Source: Amoebidium appalachense (lineage: Eukaryota; Protista; Ichthyosporea). From it: a stretch of DNA of 64,000 nucleotides. Location of the stretch: assembly GCA_963693365.1 (NCBI GenBank), contig CAVNZM010000008.1:2633572-2697571 (forward strand). Reading direction: 5' to 3'. The first letter of the stretch is position 1, and each line of letters begins with the position of its first letter. The notes beneath the pieces are model-generated. The model worked only from the letters and a program-made list of their open reading frames with translations. It did not search any database and was not told the DNA's origin. Shown here piece by piece: positions 25,841 through 55,223 of the stretch. The translations under genes were made by a program, and so were the position numbers.

Positions 25841-26866
25841 GGTTTGAGCAATATTCAAATTATACAGTCGATGATCAACAAAGATTTGAAGACTACTCTA
25901 CTTCTAGTATCTATTTACAGTCAAAGATTTTGACGTACGTGAAAAGACCGTCTAATAAATTTCAATGAGGGTAGTTAGTTAGCGCGGCACATGTAAATTC
26001 GCTACTGTTTTCGACATGGGGACTACCCGGGACATGCACAGGCTCCACGATGGAAATGTTTGTCTAAAATTACCACAAAACCAAGAGTATAGAGACAGCC
26101 TGCTAAGCCTCGAAGGCCAAGCCAAGCCACGCCAAAAAAACAGTATTAGCTACGCTCTAGATTGGTTCTTTTTAGAGCGCTTGCCAACCGTGCTATGTGT
26201 AGCGCTGTCCTTGAGAATCGAAATAGACAATGTCGAGTATGTTCTATCCATGAAAACAGGTCACTTTAACGCCACTAATTTTCTGGGCCCTCTGTGCCAG
26301 AAATTTTTGTTGCGATATAAAAACGCATAAGGTTGTTGTATATGAAATTTTTTTCTAAGGGACCAAAATGGTGGCCTGAAGCGGCATGCGCGCGCCTGTG
26401 TCCGGATTCGGGGCTGTGAGCTGCGTGTGTGTGGACCTGCGCGAACATGCGAGCGTGTGTGTTTTGGCGTGAGCGAGTGCAACGAATAGGCAGTATTATT
26501 AAACTCTCAGGTTCCGGTTCTGTACGCTGTGTGCCAGAGGCTGTGTTTATCGATGGAAAGAAAAACTGACGGTGGCTATGGATATCATGTTAACGAACAG
26601 CAGTGGCGCCGGTACGTGCAAATGAGACCGGGTCGCCCGAAAGGGCAATTTATATATCTACAGCCTGCCTCTTTTTGTGACTGAGTTTAGCTACTAGAGA
26701 ATGTAAACACAATAACATGCCAATCAAAAATTGTCAATAATGTTTGGGGTATTTGATTTAAAAATTACACATGTCACCTTTCTGCCAGTAACAACGATTG
26801 GTCATTGGGTTCAGATCAACAGCATTCTCATTGGATGTCGAGATAGCCGTCGCCTGGACTCGCTCG

Positions 26867-26905
<39 letters not shown>

Positions 26906-27955
26906 GGAAGGAAAAATAAAGAAAATGCAAACAATCGGTACCAGCAAGGAATATAAAGAGAGCAGGCTCAAGTTTCAGGCCACATAGAAGTCTAGCTGAT
27001 GTGTGCTCACACCGTGCTTTGATAATGCCAGAAAACTCCTTGTCATGGCACATGCGCGCACACAAACGGAAATGCAGACGTGCAGCGTTTAAGTTGCACA
27101 CACTTTGTCCTTATCCCCCCAACCCCTACCAAAAAGTGAATCATGACCGTCCACGGAAACTGAGATGTCCACACAAACCCACGCAGCAGTGCAGTTTTTT
27201 TGGTTGCGCATAAGTAGTCACCAAACCCCCCACCCTTTACTCCCTCAACCCATTCCCTTCACGTCAACTCTCATGGATATGCATAACGAAGGGTTCATCG
27301 GCACAACAACATGCTAATCAATAAACACCGGTGATGCACGTGTGCTCTACAAGACAGTCGTATATAAAAAGCGCAAAAAAAAGACTTGACACCATTTGCT
27401 TCCGGCAAAAAAAGAAAGCACCTGGGGATTAATTAGCAACCCTTAGGCTCGTGTTTGCAGTAGAATGGAGTAATGCTTGAGGCTCTAGCAAGGCATATGA
27501 TGTTAGTGACATGAACATTTCATAGTCGAAGCTCACATAGTTGATACATCGAGTATTTGAGCTCGTCACAAGTTGTTTGGTAATCATACTTGATCGTGTT
27601 TATTGAAACAGCATTTCTTCTTAAAAGCGCAACACAGCAGTCAGCCCCACCATTCGAGCTTGCTCATGCTTTGCTATCAGTTATTTAAAACTACGTTAGA
27701 CCTCTATTACGATGCATTCACAACAGAGCGATGCTTAGAACTACTGTCTGTGCGTCTATTACTCCATTAGCTCAGTGCTTGTTCTTGTTCCACTAACTAA
27801 CAACAGGCTCGGTCTACTTTCTGTTTTCAAGGTCCATCAGAAGCTAAATAGTTTTCAAGGTCCATCAGATGCGAAAAAAATTGCCAGACTCTGTAGGCTC
27901 AACCAGAGTACAAGTATCTTACCCTACACCGTTATAACTTAGAGCTAACATACAA

Positions 27956-28495
27956 CTAATCCGCGCAGCAGCAGCATAGACAAGCGAACATGGCATTAAT
28001 GAAGTTGCAGGGAAAGCAGCAGACGGCCTCACTGCAGTCTGCACAGTCATCCGCGCAGCAACAGCACAGGCACGCACCCAGACCACAACAGCACAAATCA
28101 CGTGCAGGACGGTCTGCTCCTTCGTGGCAGTGGTGGTGTTCTCTTATGATCACCGTTTGGGTAGTCTGGGTGCTTCCTTGGGCTGTACTAAGAGGCTGCT
28201 TGTCGGTCCAGTGCCCGTATCCCTGCTGTTGGCTGTATTGTGGGTACTGCTGAGGTGCAGCTGCGTATGCAGATCGAGTGTACCCTTGTGGTTGTGGGTA
28301 ATTCGGGTACTGTGGCTGTGTGAATTGGTAGGAGGTGCCTGGTTGTGTGCTAACGTAGCCAGGGTTGTAAGCAGGAGCAGAGGGAGCCTTTGGGTCATGG
28401 GGTGCACTTGGATAGGGGTAGCTTGGGGGCTGTTGAACGCTTCCGTATGAAGGAGGCATATAGACTGGGGGCTGGTTAACTTGGTACGTACTCAT
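27956..28495 (-). CDS. Pro/Gln/Tyr-rich protein with a tandem cysteine-rich CYSTM-like C-terminus
   Basis: 179-aa intronless ORF; PYPYPSAP/YPQPQGY-rich N-terminus; ACLCCCCAD occurs twice; TATA-like CCATATATAAAGGC upstream at ~28621-28635. Confidence 0.8.
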   Translation of the reverse strand: MSTYQVNQPPVYMPPSYGSVQQPPSYPYPSAPHDPKAPSAPAYNPGYVSTQPGTSYQFTQPQYPNYPQPQGYTRSAYAAAPQQYPQYSQQQGYGHWTDKQPLSTAQGSTQTTQTVIIREHHHCHEGADRPARDLCCCGLGACLCCCCADDCADCSEAVCCFPCNFINAMFACLCCCCAD

Positions 28496-29596
28496 TTTGG
28501 AAATAGGGCAGTAGCTGTATGATACGACGTAATTACAAGAAGGGATAAAAAGAGTGGCAAGTGTACTACGTAGCGAGCGAGATCGTTTCGGAATAACTTC
28601 AAACTCAGTTGGTTTTGTCTGCCTTTATATATGGCAGATGGAATCCATGTGCCTGAAAGGGGCAAATAAGCTTAACCGATCCCGGCCTCTTAGCAGTTCA
28701 CATAACAATGATTGTATAGTAAAGCTTTCAACTTTTGTGTAAAACCAATACCTATTACATTATGTTGTTTTAGATGCACAATCTAAAAAATTTAAAAGCA
28801 CACGTCGATGTTCAAATTCTCGGGCTCAAGCAAGGCTTAGGCCTACAACAGTAATTGATAATTTGATGGATTTTCGGGCGTCTTTCACAACAATTTGCTT
28901 CGCTTTCCCCTCAGCTTACGGGAATTACCAGCCGCTGAGGTGGTGCATTTGGTTGCACTCATAGCATGGTAGTGCTAATATAGCAGGTAGAACTGACAGG
29001 TATTACGGTAACATTTAAATTCTGGCTGTAAAATGTGGAATAAATAATAAATGTACCCACACATTAGCCCTCGAAGTATTGCCGCAAACTCCTTCAGGTG
29101 CACCACAACGTGCTGCATACGTACCGCGAGGACTGGCAATCGCAATCCACCAATCAAGACGGTTATCCATGTTGTTGACCAATCGGACCGAAGAATCCCG
29201 AATTTTGGTATGACGTAATGCGCGATCTTGGTGCACTTTAAGCGAATCAAACGCTATTTTGATTGTTATCTCTCATCTCCTAGATCTGCCAAGATCAAAT
29301 TTCGTTGATAATAAAAGTGTGTAAACCCCCCCTTTCGTTGAAAAAATAAATTGTTTTGAAAATTGTTGTGTCACCAGTGACCCCTGCTCCCCGACTAATT
29401 AGCTCAGTACGTACGACGTACAGCACTGTAGCTACCTCAGACCCGCAACCGGCCAGCGCTGGCACTGAGCCTACAAACAAAAAAAAAAGGTAGGGGGAAG
29501 GCCTGGGAGGTGAGCGAGGAGGGTAGAATGCACTATAAATCATTACAGATTACAAAGTACACATTCCAGACGTTAAAGCGGGTGGGTGGGTGTTGG

Positions 29597-29816
<220 letters not shown>

Positions 29817-29991
29817 GGGGGGGGCGGCGGAGGGGGGGGGGGAGGGGGGGGGGGAGCAGGCTCACTTAACATGAGATTTAAGCCATTGGCAGCATTGGTA
29901 CTGGGCTCAAGTTTCCACGTGAATTATGTATTGCTGTCACACCTTCATACAAAATCGTTGATACCTATGATTACACTGTTCGTGTAACTAA

Positions 29992-32540
29992 ACGCCTTAT
30001 TGCTCGCAAGTTCAAGAGTGAACTCACTCGGCTTAGTATTCAAAATGCCTATAAGGAGATTCACCTCACCCTCCTGCAGGCCGTGCAGGATGCTCGACAG
30101 CGGAGGGACCCGTATCTCCTCGAGGTATGTTATTCTCTTCTTGTTGATTTTCTAATTGAATTAGGTGATAGTGTGGTCGGTAGTGTCGAATATCCCTATG
30201 TTCGGTTACGACCATTTCTCATCTTAGACCACTTAGGCCAAACGCTTTCCCACGATTCTTGTGTTTCTACTCTCAAGAGTCTTGGCCGTTTTGGCCCTTC
30301 CATCACTATTACATGTAGTCCTGATAAACCCGACACCATCACTTCCACCGATGACTATTATTCCGAATTATTCCACCTTAACTCTGCTCTTTCCACGCAC
30401 CCTTCATATTCTTTACTCTCCACACCACCCTCCTGGCCGAGTGAATCTTCATTTCCAGGCGAATATTTGAGCTATTTTAATGCTGCGCACGTTCAACGTG
30501 CTCTTTCTGCCCTAAAAGCCAAAAAGGCATGTGGTCCGGATGCTCTTCCACCCGCCCTTCTTAAGGCATTGTGCCCTCCGCCCGTTATTACCAAAGGCGG
30601 GAATACGCCTCCTCCTCCACCGTTTGCATATTTGGTGAGCGAGTTCTTCTTCGCCTTTTATGAGTTGGGCTTCATTCCTTCGTCGTGGAATGACACTCTT
30701 GTTAATCCAGTCCGCAAGAAGGTCTCTACTGTACTGGTCCGATTTCTTCTTTTCGGCCGGTCACCTTAACCAACATACTTCGTCGCCTATTCGAGTCCTG
30801 CATATTGCGCGCCTTCCACAAGCATGAGACCTTATCCAATGTATTTCGATTAAGCAACACTCAGGGCGGTTTCGGCATGCTTATTCGTGCTATACTCATG
30901 TTCTTCTTTTACACGACACTATCCGTTCGGGATGTCGCGAGGTTTGCTTCATCGACCTTAAGAATGCCTACGACACGGTTCCGACGAATTTGCTTTGGCA
31001 TACGTTGGCGACTCGAGGGCTCCCACTTCCCTTTGGTCGACTACTTCAGGCGTTATTTGACCGCACCCATGGGGCTGCCGTTGTGAATGGGATACTGAGT
31101 AACGGATTCAGTCGTACACGAGGCCTTTTACAGGGCTCCCTTTTGAGTCCCCTCCTTTTTGATGTCTTTATTGACGACTTAGCGGTAGAAATTCAACAAA
31201 TTCCCGTTGCAGGCGACTCTTGTGTTTCCGGCCTTTTTTTCGCTGATGACATTGTTTAAGTCACTCATGATCCTTCTATTATGACTACCATGCTTTCTCG
31301 AGTAGATGATTGGTGTTTCCGAAATACATGAAAATTGGGATAGATAACTGCGGCACCTTTTCTCCCCATGCACACTACACTTTGAACAGTCAACCTATCC
31401 CAGTTGTGTCCTCCTTTGACTTTTTAGGTATTCCTTTCACCTCTAAGGGTATTTGCTTTGAGCGCCTTTTGACTTCGCGCATTTCCCGTGCGCGTGGTCG
31501 TTTACACATCTATCAAGGCATCTTCGCAAGTATTTCTAATGTCCATCCTGCTAATCTGCTCACTCTCTATAAAGTTTTTCTTCGTCCATGTTTCGAATAT
31601 GGCCTCCCGTTTCTCTTGTGTGCCCCTCCACGGCAACAGCGCGTGGCGCTTCGGGAATTCGATTCCTTTCAGCGTGAATTCATCCAGTTCATCTCTCGGA
31701 CCTCGCGTAGGCATCCTCTGGCGGCTCCTTTGCTGAGTGTTTTTGGTCTCCCTCCGGCAAGTCAGCGTATGAATGAGTTAGGCCTTCGCTTTTGTTTTCA
31801 ATTGGTTAGGCTTCCTTCTTATCATCCTTTGTTGCAATTCTTTCATTCTTTAGACCCTGTTCCCATTTCTGCTGTTCGTGCGAAATGTCCTGTACCCAAT
31901 CTATCTCCCATTCAGAGATATCCTTTTAAATATTTGTCTCCTTTATTTTTCTCTTCCCCTATTTATCAGCAGTATGTTACTTATTTTCATACTCAATATC
32001 CTTTGCTTCATCGTTGTGATAAAGAGTGTCATGGTAGGACTCTTGAGCCTGTGCTTCTTTTTATATTAGAGACTCGTCTATTTTCTCTACAATCGTTACT
32101 GTATGTAAACTAGCTACTTATATTAATCCTTCCTCTCGTAAACCTACCACACTTGCCGATTTTGCCATTCTAACCCCTTCGTGCGATATTACTTGGAAAT
32201 GTTTATTTTGGCGTTGTAACCTTAGTTTCCATAAACGTTTGTGTCACTTTTGTGCAGAACCCTTTTCTCGCAAACATCTAGATAAAATGTATCTATTTAT
32301 CTCAGATTCTTCCGTTAGAAATTCGAAGACTAGCTTATTTAGATAATCCTGATATTACTTCTATTGACTATCTGTTAAACCACCGTATGTTTAACGAGTT
32401 TTCTAGGGTGTATGATTATTTGAGTCGTTATCTCCTCCGTATCCGTGAGTAGGGGTTTTTGTATTTTCTTCTCTGAGATATCTGTGATATCTCCGGCTTG
32501 CTTCTCTTTCATGAGCATATCAATAAAGTCATTATAAAAG
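29992..32540 (+). pseudogene. 5'-truncated, decayed non-LTR (LINE) retrotransposon reverse transcriptase
   Basis: Motifs KACGPDAL, IPSSW, FRPVTLT, QGGF, FIDLKNAYDTV, GLLQGSLLSPLLF, FFADD, FLGIPF and C-terminal CHFC...H spread over several frames; stop right after FADDIV (31257-31259); AATAAA at ~32522; no endonuclease domain seen. Confidence 0.93.
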
Positions 32541-32640
32541 AATATTACATGCATGCATAAATCCAGATTCAACCAACCAATAATATTCACCATATGAACA
32601 TAAAGGCAGCCAAATAAACAATTATTATGCATTAACTAAG

Positions 32641-32686
<46 letters not shown>

Positions 32687-32754
32687 ATCATAGCACTCCC
32701 TCTCTACATAGGAGCCCTTTAAAAATTTGACCTTTTTCTAACATACCATACATA

Positions 32755-33469
32755 TCACCGGCTTTCATGTGAACCACTCTCCCCTACCCTACACCACACA
32801 CGAGTGAATATAGGCCTTCCCTGCTTTGCGCTTCTAACAAGCCGTTCAGTCGGCGCCTTCAACATTTGCACCAAATGGTCACGCAACACACCCTCACCTA
32901 ACCTCACCCCAGCAGAATGCAAAAACGGCACCTCTACACTACCCACTCTAGCGTCTACCACACCAGTGGGAGTCACTTGCACAAACTTGTTTTCTTGTGG
33001 GTCCTCATCATAATCCAAAGCACTTGTCATTCGATAATTCCTCTCTGCAATTTCCTTTGCATTTTCATGCCCCTCCTCAATCGCACGAACAAGCTCCCCA
33101 TCCAACTTTACCTGGCGCCAATGTTGGTTGCTTGTACACTCTGCCATGCTGTCGTCTGCTTGCTTGACTACCACAGATTGGTCTGACCGTACGAGTAGTA
33201 GGCCGGAAACGGAGATAGTATTACTCTCAGTGGTAACTGCGCCATCGTTTGTTGCTGTGCTGCATGGTGGAAGTTTTCCAATGGCAGATGCAATACTGTG
33301 ATGGAATGATGTGTAAGTTTGTGGTGAACTCTAAAAAACGTAAACGGAGAGGTGAAGTGTGGAGAGGGGACTTCGAGGATGAATGAATGAAGGAAGGATG
33401 GAAGGAAAAAAGGGAGGGAAGGAAGGACGGGAGGGAGGAAGGGAGGGAGGAAAAGGAGGAGTGTGTGTG

Positions 33470-33557
<88 letters not shown>

Positions 33558-34370
33558 GGAAGGGGAAGAGGGGGAGGGGGGGAGGAGAAGGGGGGGGGGG
33601 GGGGGGGGGGGGTATTAGGCCCAGCCAGCTGCACAGATAACAAGACAAACAAGATGCACATGAAAAAAAAAAAAAAAAAAAAAAAAAGGAGAAATGAAAT
33701 AATTTGCAAACACAACAAGCAAAGTGAATATAAAGAGAAACCAGATAACAGCAAATACAAGAAGCAAAACTACAAAAGGAAACCTCAAAAATGTGTACAA
33801 AAATACACGCTTGAACATTATCACACCATCATAGAAGAGGGGGGGGGGGGGGGGGGGGGGGAAGATCCCAACGAGGTTCATCGTTGAGGCACACCTGAAC
33901 TATAGGATAGTTTGAAATCTGAACTCACCAGTCCACACACGAGGAACAAGAGTATGCCGCAAATCCCAAAGCACCTCCACCTCTCTCTATGTATAAAATG
34001 AAATCAAGCCACTGTGAGGATGAAGTGGATAACCCTTTTCCAATAGCAGAGGCTCGTTGCACGCGAAAAGGGGAACATACCTGTCAAGAACCTGCGGTGA
34101 TATGGTTCGTCGTTTCTTGTGGCGCACTTTCCACCATGGGTCACTGCGGGGAAGGGTAAACGTTTAGACCGTAGCATGTGTGTACGGCTGCAGAGCAATT
34201 TGCAAAAAAAAAAAAAAAACGGACTCTTTTTTATGACCTAAACCACTAATCTCATTATCTCTCCCCCCCCCCCCCCCCCCCCCTCTCCCCCTCCCCCCCC
34301 CCCCCCAAAAAAAAAACAAAAAAAAAAAAAAAACACCCCCCCTTTCCCCTCCCGGTACTTATTTGTGTGT

Positions 34371-34416
<46 letters not shown>

Positions 34417-34792
34417 TGAATGCGTCAAAAAGTACGAAGTACACAAGAACAAACGGATAACACGATGCAGAATGCAAGCCATACATAAAGAATATGCATA
34501 ATAAGCAGAGCCCATCCTCAGGGGGGGCCCACGTCATCCACAGTACCCGAGTTTCGACCTATTCACCTCGTTAACGAAACCCAACTCAGATACTGTTTCA
34601 CTTGAACATGGGTAGGTCACCCGTCTTGATCAGAGACGAGCAGGGTTGCTTATGCAGGCAAGGGCAGTGGGAAAGGCCGGGGGGGGGGGGGGGGGGGGGG
34701 GTTTGGAGAGGGGGGAGAGGGGGAGGATTGGGGGTTGGGGGGGGGGGGGGGGGGGACATAGGCAGGCAAGTTGGGTTAAGGGGGGGGGGGGG

Positions 34793-34825
<33 letters not shown>

Positions 34826-35128
34826 TTCTAAGACTGAAGGAAAGGGGGGGAAATATTTCGAAGAAAATAAAAAAGAAGCACAACAAACCACACCGCCAAA
34901 CCATACACTACTATGAGAACAATGAGAAACCAGATTGTGCAGACAAAAGGTACTGCAACCAAGCCCATCATTAGAAGAGTCCCTAAACCCCCACGAGACC
35001 GGATTTGCCTTTCAAACCCTGCACCTGTGTTTTCCAAACCCATTTTTTGTCCCAAAGACAAGCTAGGTAGTTCAAAGAGCAGCTCTCCGAAAACCACCCA
35101 GCGCAGCCACATGTAAGTATACGGTGAC

Positions 35129-35160
<32 letters not shown>

Positions 35161-36005
35161 GGGAAGCATGGCAAAAGAACCCCCCTCTCCCTCCCCCGCT
35201 CCTCCCTTCAGATGAGCATGTCGCATGTAAGGGAAGTGCGAAAGCCAAGGGGGGTTCGACACATAAAGAAAAAATGCCAGAAGCACGGAAAGAGGTACCA
35301 ACAAGGCCTCTGCCACAACCAATCGAACAGAGCACATCACAGGCAAAAAAGTGGGGGGGGGATGGCAAGCACACCTGAACATGAATGAAAATGCTCTTGG
35401 TTCCACAGGCAAAGAGGCCAGCAGTGAACCGAGATTGACCAGAGCATTATCGGCTACAAAATGGAGCCTGCTGCTGCACTGTTGGCTCTGGGCCTTCTCC
35501 TGTGCTACGTGCACGAGTGCATGTCGTATTTCCATGCCGAGAAAGTACCATCCCGGGCCTTGGGATTGGGCAAGTGAGCGCACATAGCGCCCTGCAAAAG
35601 GAGGGTCATTGGGGTGGAATAAGAAAGGTGGAAGAATGGGCATGTCATGCATGGCCCACCTCTGCCGTGCTGGTTAAAACGACACATGCTTCAGTGATGT
35701 CTCAAGAGCCTTATAAATCCAGATGCCACATCTACCTGTTGTTTGCAGGCAAAGGGGGGCAGCAGGCCGCCGCTACCACTTTATGCAGAGCCTTGCCCCC
35801 ACCCCCCACCCCCCACCCCCCTTCCCCCCCCCCCCCCCCCCCCCTCCCCAGGCCCGAACAACCCACTCCCGGGCATTCCCCTCTGCACACACGAATGCAC
35901 GCACGCACGCACGCACGCGCGCACACACACACACAAACACACAAAAACACACAAGTGCATGTTCACACACACACACACACACACACCCACACCCACACAC
36001 ACACA

Positions 36006-36043
<38 letters not shown>

Positions 36044-36065
36044 CGCAAAAACACACAAGTGCATG

Positions 36066-36159
<94 letters not shown>

Positions 36160-37367
36160 ATCAACTATGCAACTCAGTGCCATTTTTTCCCGCACCACAG
36201 CTACCCCCCTCCCCCCCCCCACCCTGTACCATCAACTATGGAGAGACGATGATCCTATCTCCTGACTTCCAGACTGACCGAAACCGCGGTCTGCACCCCC
36301 CTGCCCCCCCTCCCCCCCCCCACACACACATACACACACATAAAACCACACTCACCATATCCAGCCACAACCGTGTGCACACACGAGAATCCCACGACTC
36401 CCTACCATGCTACCAAAAAAAACTGTTTCAAACCTTCTCCTCCTTGCAACCTCCCCCCCCCCCCTCCCCCTCTCTCCCCCTCCCTTCCCCCTCCCCCCTA
36501 CCCTACCCTCCCCTCCCCCCCACCTCTTCCGGGGAAAAGACCATTTCGTACCTGTGCCACAGCCAATGTCAATGTGAAGCGGCAGACTTTTATCTGCAAA
36601 CACATTCTCCCAATCTGAAGGTTTGTATTCGACCTTGTGGGTGTAAAACCGGCTGAGCGGGTTTACATGCGATCGGATCTTTGTTGTTTTTTCGATGGTC
36701 TCTATCTTCTTTCTGACTATCTCCTCCCTCGATAGTCTTTTGGAGTTCTCTCCTGCCTGGTGCAGAGATGCGGAATCTGTCTGGTTACAAGCCGTGTTAG
36801 CATAAGAAAAGGCAGGGGGCAAAAATTCAACTAATAACAAGGAAAGGAGAGTATGCAAAAGAGCGCTTTTGGAATTGAAGCAGTGTCGGTCTAGATGGGT
36901 GGGTGAGTAGACAGGGGAAGGGCGGGAGGGCGGAAGGACGAACGGGCGGGGGGGGGGGGGGGGGGGGGGAGGGGGGGGGGGGGGGAGAGGAGGAATGCAG
37001 TGCAGAAGTATCAAGTATCAAGTAGGCGGGGCCTACACGGAAAGACGGCCCAAAGGCACCGCAGACAGAATCGCGGTAAGGAAGAATAGAGGGCATGGAA
37101 ACTCCGACAGTGAGATCACAGATATTGCTATCGATCGGATGGAGAAATCAACCTGTTGGTATCAGAAGCCCACAAAGTCTCAATCAAATAAGCTACGAGG
37201 GCATGTTACTACATAATATAGCAGGCTCAAGGCGGCCCACATTAAATATGGTTCTTATAGGATGTGACAGGAGGGGGGCCACCGGGCAGGTGGGGGAATG
37301 GGGGTGGGGGGAGAGCGAGGGGGATGAAAGGGAACAGGGAGGTGTGTATGTGTGTGTGTGTGTGTGG

Positions 37368-37410
<43 letters not shown>

Positions 37411-37464
37411 AAAAGCAAAGAGCTTAAAAGCAAGAGAGAGCGAGAGCGAGAGAAAGCGCGCACG

Positions 37465-37505
<41 letters not shown>

Positions 37506-37516
37506 GGAGGGAGGGG

Positions 37517-37549
<33 letters not shown>

Positions 37550-37575
37550 GGGGGGAGAGAGGGAGCGAGGGGGGG

Positions 37576-37617
<42 letters not shown>

Positions 37618-38107
37618 AGGGGGGGGGGGGGGGGCAGGAAGAGAGAGACAGACAGACAGAGAGAGAGAGAGAGAGAGAGGGAAGTGATAGAGTGCGTGAG
37701 AGAGACAGGGGAATGGGAGAGCAGGGCGCCTTGCGCGCAAGAGAGAGACAGACAGAGAGAGAGAAAGACTGTCAGAGTGTGTGTGTTTGTGTGTGTTGGG
37801 GGAAGTGAGTCAAATGAAGAAAGGGGTTTTGCAAAAGGATTAACCGCACCAAAGCAGCAATATATGGAGGGGGGGAGGGGGGAAAGAGAGAGAGAGAGAG
37901 ACAGACAGACAGAGAGGCAGACGGGGAGAGAGAGAGAGAAAGAGAGAAAGAGAAAGAGAGGGGGGGAGAGACAGAGAGACAGACGGGGAGAGAGAGAGAG
38001 AGAGAGACAGAGAGAGAGAAGTGTGAGAGAGAGAAAGAGAGTGTTGGGATGAAGGAGAGAGGGAACGAGAGAGAGCGGGCGAGAGAGAGGGAAGGAGGGA
38101 GAGAGAG

Positions 38108-38141
<34 letters not shown>

Positions 38142-38208
38142 TGTGTTTGTGTGTTTCGCTGGGGGAGGGGGAGAGGGAGCGAGACAACGTGTGTGCCGAG
38201 AGAGAGAG

Positions 38209-38301
<93 letters not shown>

Positions 38302-38307
38302 GTGAGT

Positions 38308-38338
<31 letters not shown>

Positions 38339-38374
38339 CTGGAGTGGGGGGAGAGTGTGTGTGAGGAGGGAGGG

Positions 38375-38467
<93 letters not shown>

Positions 38468-38786
38468 AGGGAGGGATCGAGAGAGAGAGAAGAAGAAGAG
38501 TCAATCTGTGTGCGAATGTGTGTGCGCGCGTGTGTGTGTAACGGTTGGAGGTGAAGTAAAATGAACGAAAGTGAAGAACAAGGCGTCACAGAGTGATCAA
38601 TGGTACAAAAAACGAGATCATATGCCGATGACAGTTAAGAGTTTGCCGAGCTTGGCCATCCAGAGAAAGAATTGCACCCACCGTTTCGTTTGCTGACATC
38701 AACTGACGGTAGCTACAAGCCACAGGCCTCAGCTTCCTTAATTCCCCCTTCGGGCAGGAAAAACACCTCCACGTCAGGGCAAACAT
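32755..38786 (-). CDS. trmB: tRNA (guanine-N7)-methyltransferase, bacterial/organellar TrmB type, probable mitochondrial presequence; spliced
   Basis: In-phase exons 38786-38682 ([31 protein letters not shown]; least certain), 36780-36552 (RSHVNPL...[10 protein letters not shown]), 35591-35375 (FLGMEIR), 34143-34081 ([12 protein letters not shown]), 33295-32755 (LLVRSD...[16 protein letters not shown]). Confidence 0.88.
34415..34678 (-). mobile_element. Intronic interspersed repeat, longer copy (probable retroelement 3' end or SINE)
   Basis: 34415-34592 is a close reverse-complement match to 49289-49464; flanked by C-runs on the element strand; extension to ~34678 is inferred. Confidence 0.7.
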
Positions 38787-39442
38787 GGTAACGCTTGATG
38801 AAGACACTAAATACTCGAACCTGGTGATCCATGCCCACGGCACGGATTCTCACAACCCCCTAACACTACTGTATGCTTCCTAAAGTAGGGTCGGTCGCCC
38901 TAGACAAACGACACCTAAATAAGTGCTCAAAAATAGGGGAAAAGAGCCGCCATTAGCCTATTCAAAGTTACATCGACCCCTAACGTACTGGTTGAACGTT
39001 ACATCAACCAGAAGTGAACGTATCTCGAAGCAATAGCCTACAACGAATACTCAATGTAATGTATACTTCGCAAAATATCGAAGAGTATTACGTCATATAA
39101 GCCATAATAGACTAAAGCAGATCAAAAAGATAAGCTTTTTGCCCTTTCAGTGGGTGCTGAGTCACTCGGGTCACTTATTGTAGCCAGAAGTGGGTGTGGG
39201 AAGTTGCAAGGCAAGCATCGTGCATCGTGGACTATAAAGATGAAAAGATCATCAGCTATAGGCTACCAGTTTTGAACCAATTCTCAACGTGAACAACACC
39301 TATACACACACAATTCCTGCTATCTTTCCAAAGTCCTTGTTGTTAGGTGGATCTTTGAGGATCTGGGGACATAATGATGTGAAATCGCGGCGAAGAGAAA
39401 CAACAACTGTAGTGCAAGCTATTACATTTCTCCCTCTTTAAA

Positions 39443-55085
<15,643 letters not shown>

Positions 55086-55158
55086 GTCCTACTTCTGTGA
55101 ATACATACCCTTGCATGTTCGTTTGCTTCCCTTCCCTTCCTTTCTTTCTTTTTTTTTT

Positions 55159-55223
<65 letters not shown>

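Noticed and set aside
27823-27869. 19-bp direct repeat GTTTTCAAGGTCCATCAGA (similar pairs at ~60276-60333 and ~62725-62810)
   Set aside because: Two-copy local duplications with short spacers; no array or element structure.
34500-34592. Hammerhead ribozyme in the intronic repeat (CTGAGGA and GAAAC words)
   Set aside because: Stems I and II cannot be formed in the required topology, and the second copy has TCAGGA instead of the core.
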